Positions 14,354 through 22,998 of a DNA stretch of 41,419 bases are shown here, in pieces. This DNA comes from Methanobacteriota archaeon (GTDB lineage Archaea > Thermoplasmatota > Poseidoniia > Poseidoniales > Thalassarchaeaceae). Positions within the stretch are counted from its first letter, which is position 1, and each line of letters begins with the position of its first letter. The translations under genes and the position numbers were made by a program. The notes under the pieces are model-generated. The model was not told where the DNA came from. It ran no database searches and saw nothing but the letters and a program-made list of their open reading frames with translations. The stretch spans positions 1-41,419 of the forward strand of contig PBNI01000033.1 in assembly GCA_002723045.1 (NCBI GenBank), given 5' to 3'.

Positions 14354-17300
14354 GTGATTATGCAATACATGCTCTGTAGCGGAGCGATGACAGGGGAGGA
14401 GGCTCCGGACAAAATCATCCGAGAAAGGGAGTTCAAACTTCCTTCTGGGATCAATATCGATAATCTCGATGTCCCTACTGAGGATATTCCTGTAGAAAAT
14501 TCTGGGAGTGATTCCGAGAAAAAAGATGAAGCTATCGGGGACGTCTTCGATCCATTCTCTGAACCTAGTGAAGACTCACCGGGGAAGATCAGGGAAGATG
14601 GGAGTATAGATAATGCTCCTGAGAGAGATCTCGTTTCTCAAATTTCGATAGAGGGTGAAGAGAGGATAAACTGGGTTATCATGGTCTCAATGATCGTTCT
14701 ATACAGTGCGATTAGCATTCAAATTGGTAGGACTTTTGACTCCATTATTGGAACTTTATTACTCATTTCTCTAGCAGCGATAGGCTTTGCATTGGGAGAA
14801 ATTTGGGTTCCTAGGGAGCGGATGAAATTGCTCGGAATAACGTGGGTAATAATTTCAATGAAGGTCTTGTATGGTCTTGCAATAGAGCTCAGGCACTGGG
14901 AGGTAATTGGAGACGACCTGTCTCTAGGGATGGTTTTGGTACTCCTAGTTGGAGTCAATGTTTTCGTCGCATACAGGCATAATCACGATGCTATCGCAGC
15001 ACAATCTACTCTCGTTCTTCTTGCCGTTGGTTCAACCGCTGGAACTGAGTTTGGTGAAGTAGGGGTTGCTGGTATGATTCTAGTTGCGACTGTTGTTCTC
15101 CACGGAATTGCCCTGAACAGAAACTCTGGCAACCTAGCCTCACTCGGAATAGCATCATCTAATCTATGGATTGGAATGCATGCGGTAACTTCTCGTTTTT
15201 CTGTGGGCCCTCTTGACGTTCTGCCTATTGAGGGGGCCCTGCTTCTTTTCCTTCTGTTAATGACGGTTACAGCGATGAATGCATACATGGCCACAAAATT
15301 CGCCAAGGAAGAGAACTGGTTCTCGAAGGGTTTCGAAACATTGGGGTTGGGTAAGCCAGGACTGTGGGGCGTTTCCATTTCACTAGGAATGATTGGAGCG
15401 CTTCTGGCTGTTGCTTCGAATAGGGACGATTTAGGATATGCATTGGGCATGGTTACCTTCCTTGGAGGGGCCTTTGGAGGGTCTTATCTTGTGGTCAGGG
15501 GCGTCACGCCTGAGCGAGTATATTCCCCCCTATTTGTTACTGCATCGATTCTCACAATCATACTGCTAAATGGGGAATCTGTGAAAGAAGCTATCGGCCT
15601 ATCCGCTTATCAGGTCTTCACTCTGGTGGGTTCCTCGGTCACAGTTGCAATAATACTCAGAGATCAGAATAGTGTTACTGATAGGGTTCTTTGGATTGGG
15701 GCAGTTGCCATATTGGCAATTTTGGTCCTTCTTGTGCCGACTGGAACAGAGGATGATGGAGATGGAGGCATAATGCTATTGGGATTCCTCTCTTTGCTAC
15801 ACATTGGAACTGCTACTTTGGCGATAAAAAGGAGTTCTCCCTCATTGTCTGGAGTGACGGTGCTTCTACCTTGGTCGTGGATCCTTGCTGAGAAATTGAT
15901 TGAAGAGTCCATACGTACTGTCATGCTAGCTAACGATTTATCAGACTTCAATGGAGGAGTTCGACTCGAAACTACTCCTCTGGCAATTTATCTCGGTATG
16001 GCATCCGTCCTTCTGTTTATTGTAAATTCGAGAATGGGGGAAAATGGGGTAAATCTGGCATCTGGGTTCATGGGAATAACTGAGATTTCGGCTACAATCA
16101 GAGATTCTGGATTGCTCAATCTCTGGAGCATCGGGCTTTGGTTGCCTATGCTGACAATTCTGATACTAGCACAATTTGGTGGTTTCACAACGGTTTCTCT
16201 TGTGGCTTTGCTAGCGCTACTGTCCGGTTTGCATGTTACAAGTTTCATTCTAGGACTCAGGACTGGGGGTTCGGATGGAATTGTCTGGGCATTAGCACTG
16301 AGTTTCTTGGTCGTCCAGTGGAGACATGGTCTCGATGAGGCGATGATAGTTCTCATGTGCATCTCAATTGCTTTGATTCTGAATTTTGGTGAAGATCGGA
16401 ACTTCACTCTGGGGATGGGAATGATGTCCGTACCAATGCTTGTCTTCAGTACTGGTAGGAGTTCAAATCTAGAATTGGCGACCCCCGATTGGTTCAATGA
16501 TTTGTATGGGGGGTCAAGCGTTGGTGCAGTCCCAGAAATGGAGTTTTTTGCACTATTGAGCAGTTTGGTGATGCTTGCGATTTTCTTGCCGAGAGCAGAG
16601 AAGATGGAAGCGATTCTGAAACCAGCGTTCTCGGCATTGATTCTAATCGTCATTACAAACGTTCTATCGCTAAATTCGGACAGTTTCCTTCTCCAAGTTT
16701 CATCTGGGACAGTATTTGCGGCAACTTCAATTTGGCTGATTTCGAGAGGTGAGATTAGATCTGAGTTGCGAACAATTGCAAAGAGGGACTCGATTGTCAA
16801 TATGGTTTCTGATGGTTCGATTTCACGTAGTGGGTCCTTGTCTTCATACAATCCCAAAGTAGCCGAAATGGAAGAGTTGCGGAGGAGAAAGAGGGAGCTT
16901 TCTGAAACCGAGGATGTGTCCGAGTTATTGACCTCTGAGATTACCCATATGCCAATCGTAGGGCTGGTCATCCTAGGGATTGTCTTGACTGGGGTCACCC
17001 TAGTTTCTGCAATGGGATCAGGTCCTCTGATTCTAATTGCTTCGGGGTTTTTCTGCTGCATAATAGTTTTACTAATTAGGAATAGAACAATGGGGCTGGA
17101 GCTCGAATTACCTCATTTCCTTGGCATGGAGATGCCCATTGCGGTTACAGTATCAGGGCTCTGCATGGTCCTGGTTTCGGGACATGTCTTCCCCCCAGGG
17201 AGTAGTCCCTATGAATTGCTAGACATGGCAGTAGTGACTGTGCTAGTGTTTGTTCTACTGATGACTTCACTATTGCATCAGAAGAATCTCCTAGACAGGA

Positions 17301-18133
17301 TTGCAATAGCAATTGATTGGTTCGTTCTTCCGCTATTGTTGGCCCGCTTAGTAGCAATTGCGCTGGGCGGAGCCCTGCCGGCTCCAATGACGGTGGATCC
17401 TTTTTCCCATGGTATGTTGGATTGGACGGTGCCATGGGTAATTCTCGAATCAATACTAATCCTATGTGTTTTGGCTGGTTTCTGGGTGGATGAAAAGAAA
17501 GATTCCATGGGCCGAGAGCATGGCTTGACTGGAGTGGGTATTGGCTCACGTAGTTTAGCGATAATGATGATGTCTTTCGGGCCGGCGGGATTACTTGCTG
17601 CATCTAGTGCGGCTTTTCGTAGCATTAGGACTTCCCAGCCATCCGGATTTGGAATTGCCCTGCCTGTTGGAGTCTTGGCATGTTTTTCACTAATACACTG
17701 GAATGATGAGTTGCTAGCATCAACCGATTATCTTGATTGGTTCGTGTTGCTTCTTGGAGGGATGATCATGGTTTCTTGTGCGCTTACCGTCCCTCTAAAT
17801 CTGGAAAAGTGGACTATTACTCTGGCCATTGATGGGCATTTATTCATCATCTCAGGAGCAATAATGTTGGGAATGGTGGGCGGTTTCGAAATACCACTAC
17901 TACTGATTATGATGTCCACCACAGTATGGGTTGTCGGGATTCTTCAACTTAGAAAGTCGCTAAGGGTTTGGGGGCTTGCGGACTTGATCGCTGCGATCCT
18001 CTGTTCGTTTATTTTCGCTTCCAAGGGTTTCGGTCCATACGAAATGTTGCTTGGGATGACTGCTCTAGCATTGGAGCTGGGCGTCATAGCCTGGCTTGGA
18101 TTAACAAATCAGGATGAACTACGTAGAGACTAG
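14354..18133 (+). CDS. Very large polytopic membrane protein (~1259 aa, roughly 35-40 hydrophobic segments), function unknown
   Basis: A single ORF. The acidic soluble N-terminus of about 110 aa is followed by near-continuous TM-like segments. One charged loop interrupts them (SYNPKVAEMEELRRRKRELSETEDVSE). I recognise no catalytic or transporter motif. Start could be GTG 14354 or ATG 14360, with AGGGGA upstream. Confidence 0.8.
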   Translation: MIMQYMLCSGAMTGEEAPDKIIREREFKLPSGINIDNLDVPTEDIPVENSGSDSEKKDEAIGDVFDPFSEPSEDSPGKIREDGSIDNAPERDLVSQISIEGEERINWVIMVSMIVLYSAISIQIGRTFDSIIGTLLLISLAAIGFALGEIWVPRERMKLLGITWVIISMKVLYGLAIELRHWEVIGDDLSLGMVLVLLVGVNVFVAYRHNHDAIAAQSTLVLLAVGSTAGTEFGEVGVAGMILVATVVLHGIALNRNSGNLASLGIASSNLWIGMHAVTSRFSVGPLDVLPIEGALLLFLLLMTVTAMNAYMATKFAKEENWFSKGFETLGLGKPGLWGVSISLGMIGALLAVASNRDDLGYALGMVTFLGGAFGGSYLVVRGVTPERVYSPLFVTASILTIILLNGESVKEAIGLSAYQVFTLVGSSVTVAIILRDQNSVTDRVLWIGAVAILAILVLLVPTGTEDDGDGGIMLLGFLSLLHIGTATLAIKRSSPSLSGVTVLLPWSWILAEKLIEESIRTVMLANDLSDFNGGVRLETTPLAIYLGMASVLLFIVNSRMGENGVNLASGFMGITEISATIRDSGLLNLWSIGLWLPMLTILILAQFGGFTTVSLVALLALLSGLHVTSFILGLRTGGSDGIVWALALSFLVVQWRHGLDEAMIVLMCISIALILNFGEDRNFTLGMGMMSVPMLVFSTGRSSNLELATPDWFNDLYGGSSVGAVPEMEFFALLSSLVMLAIFLPRAEKMEAILKPAFSALILIVITNVLSLNSDSFLLQVSSGTVFAATSIWLISRGEIRSELRTIAKRDSIVNMVSDGSISRSGSLSSYNPKVAEMEELRRRKRELSETEDVSELLTSEITHMPIVGLVILGIVLTGVTLVSAMGSGPLILIASGFFCCIIVLLIRNRTMGLELELPHFLGMEMPIAVTVSGLCMVLVSGHVFPPGSSPYELLDMAVVTVLVFVLLMTSLLHQKNLLDRIAIAIDWFVLPLLLARLVAIALGGALPAPMTVDPFSHGMLDWTVPWVILESILILCVLAGFWVDEKKDSMGREHGLTGVGIGSRSLAIMMMSFGPAGLLAASSAAFRSIRTSQPSGFGIALPVGVLACFSLIHWNDELLASTDYLDWFVLLLGGMIMVSCALTVPLNLEKWTITLAIDGHLFIISGAIMLGMVGGFEIPLLLIMMSTTVWVVGILQLRKSLRVWGLADLIAAILCSFIFASKGFGPYEMLLGMTALALELGVIAWLGLTNQDELRRD

Positions 18134-18179
18134 TCTTGAAGTGCCAACGTTGATGACATGCGGACAATTCTAGAGGTAC

Positions 18180-19142
18180 GTGACGAGGTCGTGGATATCC
18201 GACACCCCCGACGAGGTTGAGCACCCTCCGATACCATTGGGGCTGAACAAGATGGCCATACCCCGAGCAGCCCTGGTCCTCTCGGTAGTTACTGGTATGG
18301 GACTACTATTTTCGTCTATCTGGGTTGGTCTTTCAGCAATGTCATTCTTGGAAGATCTCGAAGCTTCCTTCGGTACTACTGACGTCGATATTCTCAAGGA
18401 GGATGGGCGATGGTTGTGGGAAGTTAGTGTTCTTTTTGATACGTGTTCTTCACGTGAAGATGACTGGGAGTGGCCAGAGTCACTAGGGAGTCAAGATGAC
18501 GTGTTTCTCCTCCCAGGAGAGGTCCGCTGCGACTGGCAGCACCAGGGGAATGGCGATTCGGCGAGCGTAGTAGTGCACAATAGGGGTAATCAGACACTCA
18601 ATCTAGTAATGGAAATTAGTGGAGGGGGCGTGGTCTTCGCTGCCAATAGTCAGCCATATCTGATTATCAATGAATTGAGTGCGAATGACAGTATCATTAT
18701 GGAAATTAATCTGGTAGAGTCTGTATCGGAACGTGAGATTAGTGTTACAGCCACCCACATTTCTGTTCTACAGGCACAGGTTCGGATGGATCTTGCCATC
18801 TTCCAGGGTCCTGAGAGCAGAGACATACACATCCAAGATGGCGATTCCGTAGAGGTTCACTATACAGTTTGGGACGCTGATACAGGTGAAGAGTTGGATG
18901 ACGGGACATGGGTAGAAAATGCAGGCGACCCATGGTTCTCAATCGAAGGATTTGGTTGGTCTGCAATCGGCCTCGATATCGACAACGACAGAGGGGTGGC
19001 ATTTCCCCTCACTGATACTGGAACAACCCATGTCACCCTCCTACCCCCCCCGATAGCATATGGTAATAGCGAGGGTCACGAACTAGAGGAGGCCTGGCTG
19101 AGATTCGAATTGAAGTTAGAGAGAGCACCTGTCTCCGGGTAA
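18180..19142 (+). CDS. Membrane-anchored protein with a C-terminal FKBP-like (peptidyl-prolyl isomerase fold) domain
   Basis: The N-terminal TM is AALVLSVVTGMGLLFSSIWVGLSAM. The C-terminal ~110 aa read GDSVEVHYTVWDADTGEELDDG...PWFSIEGFGWSAIG...LLPPPIAYGNSEGHELEEAWLRFELKLE. This follows the FKBP pattern (GD.V.VHY.G...dG......F..G.G..I.G......P...AYG...GH.L....L.F...L) but is divergent. Start could be GTG 18180 or ATG 18252. Confidence 0.5.
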   Translation: MTRSWISDTPDEVEHPPIPLGLNKMAIPRAALVLSVVTGMGLLFSSIWVGLSAMSFLEDLEASFGTTDVDILKEDGRWLWEVSVLFDTCSSREDDWEWPESLGSQDDVFLLPGEVRCDWQHQGNGDSASVVVHNRGNQTLNLVMEISGGGVVFAANSQPYLIINELSANDSIIMEINLVESVSEREISVTATHISVLQAQVRMDLAIFQGPESRDIHIQDGDSVEVHYTVWDADTGEELDDGTWVENAGDPWFSIEGFGWSAIGLDIDNDRGVAFPLTDTGTTHVTLLPPPIAYGNSEGHELEEAWLRFELKLERAPVSG

Positions 19143-19178
19143 TTGTCACGAAAGTGACTTGACTAAGTTCCAACGGGA

Positions 19179-20486
19179 ATGGCCATGAGTGAGGAGGAGC
19201 ATAAGCCGATTGTTCCTTCGAAGAGGGGGGTAACCTATGCTAAAAGGAAGTTCAAACCAAAGTCAGCAAGGAAGGGCGAGCCTGAGTTCTTCATGGACGA
19301 AGGGATGAGCAGGCTATCTACTCCATGGTCAGTTGCCTCGATAAGGGCTGGTCAGATTGATCCGCTCTCACTTCCTGCTGGAGTAATTTTGGACGCAGCA
19401 GTTGGTTCTGGAATACAACTAATTGCTTTTTCGAAGATTTTGAAGAGGCCTGCTCTAGGGATTGAATTGGACGAGGAAGTTGCAAAGCTTTGTGCTGCAA
19501 ATATGCAATTGAACTCCGAAGGAGAGGTTCAGCGCTCACTGGATCGAGTCCTAGTGGGGGATGGAGGATCTGCTGAGTCTGCAATAACTTGTTACTGGGC
19601 CAGTCTGAGAGATGCTGGCACGCGCGCTCACCCTCCTGTAGCTATGCTACACCTTGATCCAGCGAGGCCGAGTGATGCGCAGAACCACAGTCTTGAGGAA
19701 ATGGAGCCAGACATCAAAACGGTTCTGAAGTCCTGGAGCAGTCATTTGCAAAATGGTCCGAATGGGCCTGCTGTTCTATTGGATTTATCTCCCAGACTTG
19801 ACGCCGTTCAGAGAGCCATGGTTGATGGGATTCTTGAGACGACCTTCCCCGGAGCATCGTGGACTTGGGAGTGGCTCAGCAGAGGTGGAGGAAGAGTTGA
19901 CAGGCTCTCAGTTTGGGTTGGTTCTCTCTCTTCAAGTAGTTCGAAGAGATGCATGAGAGTGGGGAGGAAGAATATCATTGCAAGTATAGAAGGAGAGAGT
20001 TCGGGGGCGGTTGAATCATCGTTCAATAGCGTGATGGAGATTCCACGAGGTGCCTATCTTACAATAGTGGATCCTGTGCTGATTGAGAGTGGACTCCAGA
20101 GCTCGTGGCATGATTTGGCAGTGGGGGGCGGGTCAGGTTCTTCTTGGGTCAGAATCGAGGGTAGGAGACCAATGCTTATCCATACAGATGAACTATCGGG
20201 GGATGACGAAGTTAGAGGTTTTGTCGTAGCTACTGGGAAGATTGTACAGCACAGACTTTCTGCTCCAGAGATTCACACCATAGACCAAGTTGCATCCTCA
20301 GTTGCGAAAAAGGGAATTTCCAAAATCACTCTTAGGTGCAGTCTTGATCCAGAAATTCACCCGACACTTCAGAGGAGGATTACTAAGGAGTTGAAAGGTA
20401 CAGAAGGAGCCAAGGGTTTCATTGTGGACTTGGATGTAGTAAGACCTACTGGTAATCAGAAGGTGTATGTTGTTTGCAAGGAGTAG
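19179..20486 (+). CDS. Class I SAM-dependent methyltransferase with a C-terminal THUMP-like region
   Basis: Motif I is ILDAAVGSGIQLIAFS. The post-motif LHLDPARP...LEEMEPDI resembles the DPARR..cePd signature of the bacterial THUMP-like-domain methyltransferase family, as I recall it. The substrate is unknown. Confidence 0.6.
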   Translation: MAMSEEEHKPIVPSKRGVTYAKRKFKPKSARKGEPEFFMDEGMSRLSTPWSVASIRAGQIDPLSLPAGVILDAAVGSGIQLIAFSKILKRPALGIELDEEVAKLCAANMQLNSEGEVQRSLDRVLVGDGGSAESAITCYWASLRDAGTRAHPPVAMLHLDPARPSDAQNHSLEEMEPDIKTVLKSWSSHLQNGPNGPAVLLDLSPRLDAVQRAMVDGILETTFPGASWTWEWLSRGGGRVDRLSVWVGSLSSSSSKRCMRVGRKNIIASIEGESSGAVESSFNSVMEIPRGAYLTIVDPVLIESGLQSSWHDLAVGGGSGSSWVRIEGRRPMLIHTDELSGDDEVRGFVVATGKIVQHRLSAPEIHTIDQVASSVAKKGISKITLRCSLDPEIHPTLQRRITKELKGTEGAKGFIVDLDVVRPTGNQKVYVVCKE

Positions 20487-20546
20487 GGGTACTTTAGTCA
20501 AAATGAGGTTTCCAATCGGTTCAAATAGGAACTGTAGTTCGCGAGG

Positions 20547-21056
20547 ATGCCCAAAAGGCCACCGAAAGGTGAACACGGGGGAACCGTAATGCCAAAAGTG
20601 AACGAAGCAGAACTTGGAGATGACTTCTCATACATTGTCAGAATTGCTGACACTGACATTGATGGTTTGAAACCTATAACCTATGGACTAACCTCGGTCA
20701 AGGGAGTTGGTATACGGACTTCAATGATGATTTGCAGACTTTCTGGGATTGATGGCACTAGGCTTGGCGGCCACCTCTCTTCTGACGAGCAGGATCAGCT
20801 CAGGAAGGCAATAGACGATTACGCAACTAATGTCCCTTGGTGGATGGTGAACAGGCAGAGGGATTTGGAGTCAAATGAAGACGCGCATATCATTGCCAAT
20901 GAAGTTAGTATGACGAAGGATGACGATGTGGCTAGGCTGGCTGAAATCAAGACATGGCGTGGGATGAGGCACAGGAGTGGTCACAAGGTCAGGGGTCAGA
21001 GGCTAAGGTCGAATGGACGAAGGGGTTCTGCGCTGGGTGTCCAGAGGAAGAAGTGA
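20547..21056 (+). CDS. rps13: 30S ribosomal protein S13 (uS13)
   Basis: FSYIVRIADTDIDGLKPITYGLTSVKGVGIRTS...WRGMRHRSGHKVRGQRLRSNGRRG is a typical archaeal S13. Start could be ATG 20547 or ATG 20589. A TTCAAATA box at about 20518-20525 lies about 25 nt before 20547, which would fit a leaderless start. Confidence 0.9.
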   Translation: MPKRPPKGEHGGTVMPKVNEAELGDDFSYIVRIADTDIDGLKPITYGLTSVKGVGIRTSMMICRLSGIDGTRLGGHLSSDEQDQLRKAIDDYATNVPWWMVNRQRDLESNEDAHIIANEVSMTKDDDVARLAEIKTWRGMRHRSGHKVRGQRLRSNGRRGSALGVQRKK

Positions 21057-21061
21057 GGTGA
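21055..21061 (+). promoter_or_regulatory. Shine-Dalgarno site for rps4
   Basis: GAGGTGA lies 4 nt upstream of ATG 21066 and overlaps the S13 stop codon. Confidence 0.6.
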
Positions 21062-21065
21062 TAAA

Positions 21066-21683
21066 ATGGGCGAGCCAAAATTCTCCAGACCAAGGACACA
21101 GACTCCAACGCATCCTTGGAAACAGGCAAGGATTGACGAAGAACACGATCTAAAGGAAAGGTTTGGATTAAAGAAAGTAGGAGGGATGAGAGAGATATGG
21201 AGGGAGAAGTCATCCCTCAGAAGACATCGAAACCAAGCGATGAAGCTTATTGGAAGAGTTGATTCATCAGAAGGTCATTATGCTAAGGAGAAGGAGCAAA
21301 TGCTCGATTCTCTAACTAGGAAGGGGCTTTTGCAGACGGGAGCTGACATAGGAGCCGTACTTGAGATAAATGTCGAACATATGCTTTCAAGGAGGCTCCA
21401 ATCAGTGGTATACTACAAGGGACTGGCACCTTCTATGAGGGCGGCAAGGAATCTGATTGTGCACGGACACATTTGTATCGGAGAGCAGCGGATGACCGTT
21501 CCAGGATATCATGTCCTAAAGGAAGAGGAGGATTCGTTACAATATAGCCACAACTCTCCTTTTGCCGATCCTGAGCATCCATTCAGGAAGGACTTGGAGA
21601 CCATGAGATTCCAAGAGGAAGAAGATGAAGAATCTGAGGAATCTCCTGGAGATACTGATTCCAATACCGAGGAGGAGAAGTAA
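21066..21683 (+). CDS. rps4: 30S ribosomal protein S4 (uS4, archaeal/eukaryotic S9 type) with an acidic C-terminal extension
   Basis: PKFSRPRTQTPTHPWKQARIDEE...RLQSVVYYKGLAPSMRAARNLIVHGHICIGEQRMTVPGY (S4 domain). The extra tail is QEEEDEESEESPGDTDSNTEEEK. Confidence 0.9.
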   Translation: MGEPKFSRPRTQTPTHPWKQARIDEEHDLKERFGLKKVGGMREIWREKSSLRRHRNQAMKLIGRVDSSEGHYAKEKEQMLDSLTRKGLLQTGADIGAVLEINVEHMLSRRLQSVVYYKGLAPSMRAARNLIVHGHICIGEQRMTVPGYHVLKEEEDSLQYSHNSPFADPEHPFRKDLETMRFQEEEDEESEESPGDTDSNTEEEK

Positions 21684-22063
21684 TGGGACATAAAGCGATT
21701 CTGCATATTTACAGCACTTTCAACAATGTGCTAATTACCGCCACAGACCTTACCGGTGCTGAGACTGTTTGCAAGGTCTCTGGAGGCATGGTGACCAAGG
21801 GCGGTAGTGACTCTGGGGGTCAGTTTGCTGCTACTAGGGCGGCGGAGAAAATCGCCGAGATGTTGTCCGAAAAGGATTTTGATCAGGTCATAGTGAAGTA
21901 TCGAGGCGCCGGCGGAAACAGATCAAACAGTGCTCCGGGTGCGACGGCTGCGATTAGAGCGCTAACTCGTGCAGGAGTTAGAATTACAAGAATCGAAGAT
22001 GTGACGCCCATGCCAACTGATGGGACAAAGAGTAAGGGTGGACGAAGGGGCAGAAGAGTTTGA
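21683..22063 (+). CDS. rps11: 30S ribosomal protein S11 (uS11)
   Basis: AILHIYSTFNNVLITATDLTGAE...PGATAAIRALTRAGVRITRIEDVTPMPTDGTKSKGGRRGRRV. The ATG overlaps the S4 stop (TAATG). Confidence 0.93.
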   Translation: MGHKAILHIYSTFNNVLITATDLTGAETVCKVSGGMVTKGGSDSGGQFAATRAAEKIAEMLSEKDFDQVIVKYRGAGGNRSNSAPGATAAIRALTRAGVRITRIEDVTPMPTDGTKSKGGRRGRRV

Positions 22064-22066
22064 ATT

Positions 22067-22073
22067 GAGGTGA
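22067..22073 (+). promoter_or_regulatory. Shine-Dalgarno site for rpoD
   Basis: GAGGTGA lies 4 nt upstream of ATG 22078. Confidence 0.6.
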
Positions 22074-22077
22074 AAAT

Positions 22078-22965
22078 ATGGTGAAAATCAAGATACTAAA
22101 TGAGACAGATGAGAAGTTGCAGGTTCTTCTCTCAAAAACTAACAGGAGTTTTGCCAATGCACTTAGGAGATCTCTGATTTCTGATACTCCTAAGATGGCA
22201 ATAGACAGTGTCACATTCCAACTCGGAACAAAAGAGCAAGATGAGGAGATATGGGAAACGACAGGACCAATACCAGACGAGATGGTTGCCCAGAGATTGG
22301 CAATGATACCAATTCCAACGGTGCATGACAAATTCTACTTTCAAGATGAGTGCCCCAATTGCAAAGATATGGTTGAGGAAGAAAGGGGGTGTGTAGAATG
22401 CCAGATGATTTACACATGTGTTGTATTTGGTTCAGAAGAGGGTAGATGGGTTACTGCTGGGGATATGAAGTACCTAGGAGAAGGATCTCTAGAGATAACA
22501 GATGAATACAAGAGTATTCCAATTACCAAGCTCCTGAAGGGGCAGATGATCGAATTCTATGCCACTGCAATAATGGGGCGTGGTCGAGAGCATACAAAGT
22601 GGTCCCCAGTCTGTGGCGTGTCATTCCACCCTCGAAGAATCGGGGTCCTGAATAACAAAAAGAAGGCGAAGATCCTGTGGGACATGGACTTGGAGATTAG
22701 TGCAAAAGACTTCGACAAGGATGGGAAGATGAAGGATATCGACAAGGTTTCAATTCTTACCGATGAGTTGAATCATGTTGGAGAGGGTACCGAGGAATCA
22801 AGAGAATTCGGTGATGCAGTGACACTGGAAGAAGTCTCTGGAGAGTTCGTCTTAGAGTTCGAAACGGATGGTTCTATGGGACCCAAAGTTGCCTTCATGA
22901 AGGCAGTTGAAGAGCTCTCAGCAACGTTTGGATCACTGGAGCAGGACCTTTCAGCGGCCCTTTGA
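22078..22965 (+). CDS. rpoD: DNA-directed RNA polymerase subunit D (Rpo3)
   Basis: SFANALRRSLISDTPKMAIDSVTF...VAQRLAMIPIP, plus a Cys-rich insert CPNCKDMVEEERGCVECQ. It occupies the canonical archaeal position after S13-S4-S11. Confidence 0.85.
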   Translation: MVKIKILNETDEKLQVLLSKTNRSFANALRRSLISDTPKMAIDSVTFQLGTKEQDEEIWETTGPIPDEMVAQRLAMIPIPTVHDKFYFQDECPNCKDMVEEERGCVECQMIYTCVVFGSEEGRWVTAGDMKYLGEGSLEITDEYKSIPITKLLKGQMIEFYATAIMGRGREHTKWSPVCGVSFHPRRIGVLNNKKKAKILWDMDLEISAKDFDKDGKMKDIDKVSILTDELNHVGEGTEESREFGDAVTLEEVSGEFVLEFETDGSMGPKVAFMKAVEELSATFGSLEQDLSAAL

Positions 22966-22998
22966 ATTCCAACATTTCATTACCCGTTCACTGGATGA

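Noticed and set aside
15988-17061. 357-aa minus-strand ORF, the longest alternative ORF in the window
   Set aside because: It is entirely antisense to the 1259-aa membrane-protein frame, which has a consistent TM periodicity. The antisense product is a typical hydrophilic mirror with no motifs.
20511-20530. GGTTCAAAT in the intergenic region before rps13, considered as a tRNA T-loop
   Set aside because: The flanking bases do not form a T stem or an acceptor stem. I reinterpret it as a possible TATA-like box (TTCAAATA) for the ribosomal operon.
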